In this document: positions 1 through 6,473 of the stretch, piece after piece | How the letters are laid out: each line of letters begins with the position of its first letter | Numbering within the stretch: position 1 is the first letter of the stretch | Source of the DNA: Octopus sinensis | Lineage: Eukaryota | NCBI RefSeq assembly: GCF_006345805.1 | Contig: NW_021828192.1 | Coordinates: 1-8,900 of the forward strand | Direction: 5' to 3' | Length of the DNA stretch: 8,900 bases | Made by a program: the position numbers and the translations under genes | The notes under the pieces: generated by a model | Database searches by the model: none | What the model was told of the DNA's origin: nothing | The model's input: the letters and a program-made list of their open reading frames with translations, nothing else

Positions 1-160
1 TTTGCCCCGAACCCCCGCTTGACAACCGGTGATATTTAGTCTATACCCCCGTTACGTAGCGGTTCGGCAAAAAAACCCCGTTAAGGTGAGTACCTGGCCT
101 AAAAGTGCACTGGATTTTGATTTTGTCGGTGCCCCAGCAAGGCTGCAGTTCAGTGCCTGA
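1..160 (+). mobile_element. 3' half of an octopus-type SINE (family B here), diverged; the 5' part lies outside the window
   Basis: Aligns in-window to the reverse complement of 7801-7965: CCGCTTGACAACCGGT vs CCGCTTGACGACCGGT; CCCCGTTACGTAGCGGTTCGGCAAAA vs CCCCGTAATTTGATGGTTTGGCAAAA; GGTGCCCCAGCAAGGCTGCAGTTCAGTGCCTGA vs GGTGCCCCAGTATGGCCGCAGTCAAATGACTGA. The family identity is recalled, not searched. Confidence 0.8.
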
Positions 161-301
161 CCCATTACATATCACCTTGGCTATGTGCCATGTGCTTCAT
201 TACAGGCATGGATAATGATCTGTGGATGAAAGTAGGTAACTGCGCTGAAGCTTGTTGTATATGCATATATACATGCTAACATATGTTTGTATGTGTGCGA
301 T

Positions 302-398
302 GGGTCAAAATGAAGGTACTAGTCAGGTACTGGGGTGGGGGCGATATTGTCGACCCTCTCCTCCCCATACAACTGTTAGTCCTGTAACAAAATTTGAA
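302..398 (+). mobile_element. Diverged 3' fragment of SINE family A (no tRNA head)
   Basis: Colinear with 990-1083: GGGTC..AAGGTACTAGT..ACTGGGGT..CGATAT.GTCGA..CCCC..GTCCTGT..GAA vs GGGGTCGATGAAATAAGTACGAGT..ACTGGGGTCGATATAATCGA..CCC..GGCCTTGT..GAA. Confidence 0.65.
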
Positions 399-404
399 GC
401 AGTT

Positions 405-844
405 TTTAATGTGTGAGAGGGCAGTGCATGCCATCAAAGTGAAAATGGGGTAAAATATACGAAGCCCAGTATACCCATCATGACTACCCATCTGATAAGG
501 GTGCACCAGGCATATGCATCACAACCATATGTGCGTGACATGGGTGGTGGCTCATATCAAGATAAACAGCACATGACCTTGCAGGTGAGGACCAGTTAGA
601 ATTTTCTTCTGGTCGAGTAACCCATCACGCTCAAAAGGTCCCTAAATAAGGGTTGTTCAAGGATGTTGAACGAAACATCCGTGCTTCCAAAGGTGAATTA
701 TTCAAACACCAAAGAATTCCTCTCAATCTCTGCTCGTGATCAGAGATGCACATATCGTCAGTCACTAAGGGACATGTTCAGTAAATCTGTGGTGTTGAGC
801 AGAATATTTGCTGTAGCCCATCTTTTATACTAAGACAAAACAAT
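405..844 (-). mobile_element. Probable high-copy octopus non-coding interspersed repeat (non-autonomous retroelement or LINE UTR), truncated, 3' end near 405-412
   Basis: Recognised from memory only: GCAGTGCATGCCATCAAAGTG..., CAGAGATGCACATATCGTCAG..., GAGCAGAATATTTGCTGTAGCCCATCTTTTATAC match a repeat I recall as being flanked by (TAA)n. No in-window copy confirms it and it has no coding signal. Confidence 0.5.
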
Positions 845-870
845 TAGTATTAGTATTAGTATTATTATTA
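843..870. repeat. (ATTAGT)3(ATT)3 microsatellite between the - strand repeat and the SINE head
   Basis: Read directly. Confidence 0.9.
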
Positions 871-874
871 ATGA

Positions 875-1086
875 GGCGGCGAGCTGGCAGAATCGTTAAC
901 ACGTCGGGCGAAATGATAAGCGGCATTTCGTTTGCAGCAAAGTTCTGAGTTCAAATTCCGCCGAGGTCGACTTTGCCTTTCATCCTTTCGGGGTCGATGA
1001 AATAAGTACGAGTTGAACACTGGGGTCGATATAATCGATTCATCCCATCCCTTCAAATTTCAGGCCTTGTGTCTTTAGTAGAAATG

Positions 1087-1113
<27 letters not shown>
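875..1113 (+). mobile_element. Near full-length tRNA-derived SINE (family A here; octopus type) with (ATT)9 tail
   Basis: Pol III A-box-like TGGCAGAATCG (885-895), B-box-like GAGTTCAAATTCC (947-959), body with GGGGTCGAT twice (990-998, 1022-1030), (ATT)9 at 1087-1113. Matches my recollection of an abundant octopus SINE. Confidence 0.85.
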
Positions 1114-1118
<5 letters not shown>

Positions 1119-1362
1119 CACAACACAACTCAAACACAGAATGTGCACATTTAGCTTACTCAAAGAAGCACCGCATCGCCCTCTTAGGAGAAAATACAAA
1201 AATTACAAGAAATCATCACCATCATTGTTATTATTATTGCTACTATTCCCGCGATGCGCTTATATGACAAGTTTATTTGATGCAAGATCGTGCTGTGCCA
1301 TAACAAAACCAATTAGTAATTAGTAATTAGATCGACGCACTGTTCATAATTAGCTACTTATA

Positions 1363-1382
1363 ACACACACACACACACACAC
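1363..1382. repeat. (AC)10 microsatellite
   Basis: Read directly. Confidence 0.95.
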
Positions 1383-1421
1383 ATATACTGCCACACTGTC
1401 CTTATTCTGTTTTAACATCAT

Positions 1422-1430
1422 TATATATAT

Positions 1431-1474
<44 letters not shown>

Positions 1475-1642
1475 ATATATATATATATGTGTGTGCGTAT
1501 ATATATATATATGGTGTGCGTTTATATATATATATAATATATGTGTGTGTATATATATGTATATAATATGTATATATATATATATATATATAGTACATAT
1601 ATATGTATATATATATGTATTATATATGTATGTATATGTATG

Positions 1643-1673
<31 letters not shown>

Positions 1674-1696
1674 TTATGTATATATATGTATATATG
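1422..1696. repeat. Compound (TA)n/(TG)n/(TATG)n microsatellite, about 275 bp
   Basis: Read directly. It is the source of the YIYI ORFs. Confidence 0.95.
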
Positions 1697-1899
1697 GACA
1701 CAAATACATACATCTTTGTTTCGCATTTATGATCTGAGTTAAAACAAAGAAGTGTGCCAGTGACCTGGTCGCCGATGCAATTCAATAACGACAACAGTAA
1801 TAATGCTGAATGTCTCTGTAGCCTGACACAAATAGTTTCTTATCCGCAGCAAGGAGTTATCCTCTTCACCGAAGACATTATCAGAAATATAAGCAAAAG

Positions 1900-2756
1900 A
1901 TGAGAAACTGGAAAAAAGGACTTGATGGCGCACAAGGATTTTGGATTAAAAAAAAAGTTCAGTAGGTGCCATAAATTAATTGCAGAGTAATTTAGTGGAT
2001 TGATTGATGAAGTAAAAGAAATTCCAGGGTGGTTGACCAAAGGACGAACAGTGTTGTGCTTGAAGGATGCATCGAAAGGAAATGCTGCCGACATTACAGG
2101 CCAAATTTTTTGCTTTCATTTAATGTGGAAGTTATTGGCGCCAGGTGGGATTGCAGAAGAAATGTACGAATTCCTTGATGATAACAAGATTTTACCAACG
2201 AAGCAAAAAGGTCGTAGGAGGAAGGTTGGAAAAGGAGATACAGGGGTACTAAATGGTAATGCAAGACTGTGAACGAAGGAGAACAAATTTGGAAATGGCC
2301 TGGACTGACTATCGCAAAGCTTATGATCTGATTCCACATTGAATATTAAACATGTTTGGAATTGCGAGGAATGTAACTTGTTTTCTAAAGAGAAGTTTGG
2401 TGGGTTGGGAAACTGAGTTGGCATTGCGCGGCGGACAAAATTTGGCCACCCTGGGCATCAGGAGAGAGATCTTCCAAGGAGATGGCTTATCTCCGCTGCT
2501 TTAAACCTTGGTGCTGAGGAAAGTGAATCTGGGCTATTAAAGGGGAAAAGTCAAAGCATCAACCATCTTCTCTTCGAGGATGATTTGGAGCTGTATGGCA
2601 AGGATGAGGGACAAGTGAGTTGTTTGATGAACACGGCCCACGATTTTAGTGTTGATATTAAGATGGAACTCGGACTCAAGAAATGAGGCAGGTTAGAGTC
2701 TTTGGCAGGAATAGAATTACCAAATAGAAAAGGAAGGCTATAAGTATATTGGTGTA
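1900..2756 (+). pseudogene. Reverse transcriptase domain fossil of the LINE
   Basis: Frameshift in the A9 run at 1948-1956, stops at 1988, 2340 and 2502, further frameshifts. The catalytic (Y/F)xDD motif reads FEDD at 2573-2584; YKYIG at 2739-2753. Confidence 0.9.
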
Positions 2757-3120
2757 GCAGAGTATAATGAAATCGCGGAGGAGGGAATGAAGACCATCTG
2801 AAGAAAGAATATTTCCGAAGACTAAGATTGATGTTGCGATGGGCGATAGCATCATTTCGGTATGGAGAAGGAATCATAAACTGGCAAAAGAAAGAACTGA
2901 TAAGTATGGGTACGAAGACACGGAATCTATTTACGACGCACAAAGCATTCCATCCCATGTCCAGAAGAAAGGGTGGGGGAGGTTGCCAGGACTGTATCGA
3001 AAACAGCTTAGGATGGTATGTAGAAGATGCCGTGGAACCATTGATGAAACACGTGAAGAAGTCCGGCGTCACAAAAACTGATAATCGTGCAAAGAAAGGA
3101 GAGCTTAAAGAGGAAAAGAA

Positions 3121-3208
3121 CACACACAGACACAGAAACACAGACAGACAGACACACACAGACACACAGACACATACACACATACACACACACATACACA
3201 CACACACA

Positions 3209-3239
<31 letters not shown>

Positions 3240-3250
3240 CAAGCACACAC
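3121..3250. repeat. CA-rich compound microsatellite (CACAGA/CACATA/CA) interrupting the LINE ORF
   Basis: Read directly. LINE-like peptide lies on both sides (KKGELKEEKN | KGM). Confidence 0.9.
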
Positions 3251-3420
3251 AAAGGAATGACATGGAAACGAGCTCCAAGACAGATAGAGAAGGTCAGTGA
3301 TTATGGAGGCGGAGGCGTGATCTGAAGATAGAAAGAGAAGCACTTGTATGCTCGGCACGAGAACAAGAATTGAGGTGAAACTCTGTGAAACGCAGAATTG
3401 GTAAAACAACCGGGAGCGAC

Positions 3421-4010
3421 AAATGCAGAATGCGTGGGGGTTGGGGTTGGGGGGGCAGCGGTGAAAGAGGCACTTTGTTAGCAAATGGCCGAAATTGGCA
3501 CAATACACAATTGGTGCAATACACAAGGCGACATGACAATGCGGCAAGAATGATGCATTGGGAGCTCTGTGGAAATTACGGCCCAGAAAGATGAAAGACA
3601 TAGCATGGCCAAATGTCAGAAGTTGCCGAGAATGATGATTGCAAAATCCTGTGGAATGCAATAATTCCGTGCGACCATCAGATTAGACATCGGAAACTGG
3701 ACATTGCTGTGGAGAAAAAACAAAGAACTTGCATGATAATCGACATGACATGGCCCTGGTGACAACAGAATCAGAGACAAAAGCAGAAAAACTGAACAAC
3801 GACGATGATTTGAAGTGGGAAATACACAGGTTGTGGGCAATGAAGAGAGTGAGCGAGATAGCAGTAGTGATTGGCGCGCTTGGAAGTATCAGCACTCAAC
3901 TACCAACGTTGCTCAAAAAGATTGGTACAAATGTAAAGATAGAACACCTAAAAAGATCAGCATTACTTGGAACCTTAAGGATTCGCGGGTTCTTGAAGCA
4001 TGACCAGTAA
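3421..4010 (+). pseudogene. CCHC zinc knuckle and restriction-like endonuclease (PD..D/E-x-K type) fossil of the LINE
   Basis: KCRM(C>R)G at 3421-3438, H at 3471, C>W at 3486, RHDN, KILW, RK(P>L)D at 3691-3702, IIDM, KAEKL, C-terminal ALLGT. Several frameshifts. Confidence 0.85.
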
Positions 4011-4846
4011 ATAAGTGTCACCTTAGTCTGCTGGGTGGGGACAGCTGAGATTTCCTATCCTACCCAGCAAAATAAGCCGAGAGATTTCATTAAAAGAAAC
4101 ATTTCGTAAATAGAAATATGAGCCTTCACCGTAAACTGACAATTGAAAATAGCCTAATATTAGGGTATCTAACGGAAAAAAAGTGAACATTTGCTCATTT
4201 TTTCCTGTTACGGGAGCATCTATGTCCTAATATTAGATTGTTTTCCATAGCATACGGTGGAGGCTCGTAATTCCATCAATAAAATTTCACACGACGCAGC
4301 TTCCTAATACGCTTCAAATTTTGGCAGAAAAACAGTGATTTATATTTATACATGTGTGGTTTATCTCGGTGAACGCCATTGAAAGAACATAAATGTATAG
4401 ACACCGGTTGAAGATAATGCTGTGGAACTGTCTGAGATAAAATCTCTTTAAGACTTGCGCAAAAAAAAAAGAAAAAACGAAAAACAAAACTGCAAATATC
4501 GGAACGAGGGAAACGCCGTTGCATCATTTACTCATGAGAAGGACAGACAAGTTTTGCCTTCCTTGGGGTTTGTAAAACCGTGAAACCACCGTTTGTCACG
4601 TTCAAGGAAGAAATTTGTGCCTCGATATAAAAGAAATAGCGAATTTGCATTCTCCGGTATTACAAAAACTTGCAAAGGCTGCAAAATAATCGGTGAATGC
4701 GACTGAAATCGACGTTGGTATATTATACGAAATATATGTACACCGTTGAAAGGCGTGACGCTCTGGCGTTTGTCTGAGAGAAAATCTTTTCATCGACTTG
4801 TCTTAAAAAGAGCGAAAACCAGAATGGGTCTCTGACAATTGGCTGA

Positions 4847-5160
4847 TATGTACATGCGTGCGTGCACACAGAGAAAAACAGGCACATACACATATATGTA
4901 TACACACACACACACACATATATATATAATAAAATATACATATGTATGTATATACACATACATACATACGTAGATATAATATATATATACATATAAAAGC
5001 ATGTGTCTGCGTATGTGCGTATATCTGTGTGTGTACGTATGTATACACATGCATACATTTATTTATACACAGATACATATATGTATATATACACACATAC
5101 ATACATACTCACAGACTCATACACACATGTCTATAATTATGTGCACAGGTATGTATATGC
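4847..5160. repeat. Degenerate AC/AT/GT low-complexity tract
   Basis: Read directly. Confidence 0.9.
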
Positions 5161-5204
5161 TAATGTGATGCACCTGTAAGGTATATGATCAATATAAATG
5201 TAGA

Positions 5205-5237
5205 ACCACCACCACCACCACCACCACCACCACCACC

Positions 5238-5269
<32 letters not shown>

Positions 5270-5430
5270 AGTAATATCCCCACACTTGTAGTAGTGGTGG
5301 TGGTGGTGGTGGTGGTGGTGGTGGTGGTGGAGGTGTTTGGTGGTGGTGGTGGTGGTGGTGGTGGTGATAGTGGTGGTGGTGGTGGTGGAGGTGGTTGGTG
5401 GTGGTGGTGGTGGTGGTGGTGGTGGTAGTG
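5205..5430. repeat. Triplet arrays (ACC)14(ACT)7, 18-nt spacer, then GT(AGT)2(GGT)11 followed by interrupted (GGT)n
   Basis: Counted from the sequence. Confidence 0.95.
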
Positions 5431-5492
5431 TCAACAGGTATTAATTCCAAACCACGTAACGTGGTCTGATATGAAGAGACATTGATGAAATT

Positions 5493-5580
5493 AGAGCAAG
5501 AGAGAAGGAGAGAAAGAGAGAGAGGAGAGAGAGAGAGAGAGGCAAGAGAGAAAGAGAGGGAGAGATGGAGTGAGAAGGAG
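5493..5580. repeat. (GA)-rich polypurine tract
   Basis: Read directly. Confidence 0.9.
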
Positions 5581-5688
5581 GTTAATGGGGAGTGACCTTG
5601 CGGGGTGAGGGTGACGGGGGACGGTGGGGGTGGTTGGTTGAGAGCGTTGCCAGTGTCATAGCGAAGCAACATCATCACTGACATAATT

Positions 5689-5943
5689 AGCAGCAGCAGC
5701 AGCATCGTCGCCACCGACGCCGCCACCACCACCACCACCACCACACCACCGTTAGCATCACCAATATCACCAACAACATTATCACGATCATTATCACCAC
5801 TCTCATCAAATTCACCAACGGCGTAGTCGTCTTCGACCTCCTCCTCCTCCACCCCCTGCTCCACCCCCTCCCCCACCACCCCTCCTCCTCCTCCTCCTCA
5901 TCATCATCATCATCACCATCACCATCATCATCACCATCATCAC

Positions 5944-5977
<34 letters not shown>

Positions 5978-5988
5978 GACAACAACAA
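5689..5988. repeat. Mixed triplet low-complexity tract: AGC, GCC, ACC, TCC/CCT, (CAY)26, CAA
   Basis: Read directly. Confidence 0.9.
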
Positions 5989-6133
5989 AGGCGTCCATTC
6001 TATCAACTTCACAGCCATATAAGACGTGCCGTACTTGACTCCACGCCGCTGGTCACTCAAACCACCATAGCGCTATATTGACCATTAACGATATATTGAC
6101 CATTAAGGCATTTGTAAGAGATCAGCCATACAT

Positions 6134-6137
<4 letters not shown>

Positions 6138-6177
<40 letters not shown>
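6138..6177. repeat. (AC)20 microsatellite
   Basis: Read directly. Confidence 0.95.
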
Positions 6178-6180
<3 letters not shown>

Positions 6181-6274
6181 TACATACAAGCAGACATTTG
6201 TGTGTGCGAACGCGCGTGTGTGTGAGCTTGTATAAACGTAAATATGTATGTTAACGCATACAATGTGTATTTAC

Positions 6275-6330
6275 ATCTATCTATCTATATCTGTCCATCT
6301 ATCTATCTATCTATCTATCTATCTTCTATC

Positions 6331-6375
<45 letters not shown>

Positions 6376-6376
6376 A

Positions 6377-6457
<81 letters not shown>

Positions 6458-6473
6458 GTCTATCTATCTATCT
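6275..6473. repeat. (ATCT)n (GATA-type) tetranucleotide microsatellite, about 50 units
   Basis: Read directly. It is the source of the IYLS ORFs. Confidence 0.95.

Larger units (their letters stand above)
1766..4110 (+). mobile_element. 5'-truncated, degenerate R4/Dong-clade non-LTR retrotransposon (RT + CCHC + restriction-like endonuclease)
   Basis: Motifs appear in the correct order across frameshifts: NNAECL, KMRNWKKGLDGAQGFWIK (from 1897), IPGWLTKGRTVL, LMWKLL, ILPTKQKG, AWTDYRKAYDLIPH, IFQGDGLSPLL, INHLLFEDDLELY, YKYIG, WAIASFRYGEGIINW, KCRM..HFVSKWPKLAQY.RRHDN, ENDDCKILWN, RKLDI, DLKWEIHRLW, VVIGALG, SALLGTLRI, stop 4008-4010. A single ORF with a C-terminal endonuclease is the R2/R4 architecture. 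Both ends are approximate. Confidence 0.9.

Noticed and set aside
875-965. A and B boxes suggesting a tRNA gene
   Set aside because: No cloverleaf or acceptor stem, and it continues into a SINE body and ATT tail.
1040-1113. Shared 3' tail between the SINEs and the LINE fossil (SINE-LINE partnership)
   Set aside because: No similarity is visible between either SINE 3' end and 4011-4110.
1350-1794. Multiple 60-100 aa YIYI-type ORFs (and similar ones at 4723-5136, 6244-6489, 6965-7265)
   Set aside because: They are translations of TA, CA and ATCT microsatellites, which lack stops in several frames.
3441-3455. TTGGGG units as telomeric repeat
   Set aside because: Only about two units, and not the TTAGGG expected for molluscs.
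2000-4010. + strand ORFs 2000-2272, 2828-3325, 3385-3594 and 3729-4010 as separate genes, and the - strand ORFs over them
   Set aside because: The + ORFs are consecutive frameshifted pieces of one dead LINE ORF. The - ORFs are antisense shadows.
4276-4793. - strand ORFs of 83 and 63 aa, and a + strand acceptor TTTTCCATAG at 4241-4250
   Set aside because: No recognisable homology; all + frames after the acceptor stop within 30 codons.
5160-6060. Long - strand ORFs (239, 103, 82 and 81 aa) as complete genes
   Set aside because: They overlap in several frames and consist of homopolymer runs from triplet repeats. Only the splice-supported part is kept as a low-level candidate.
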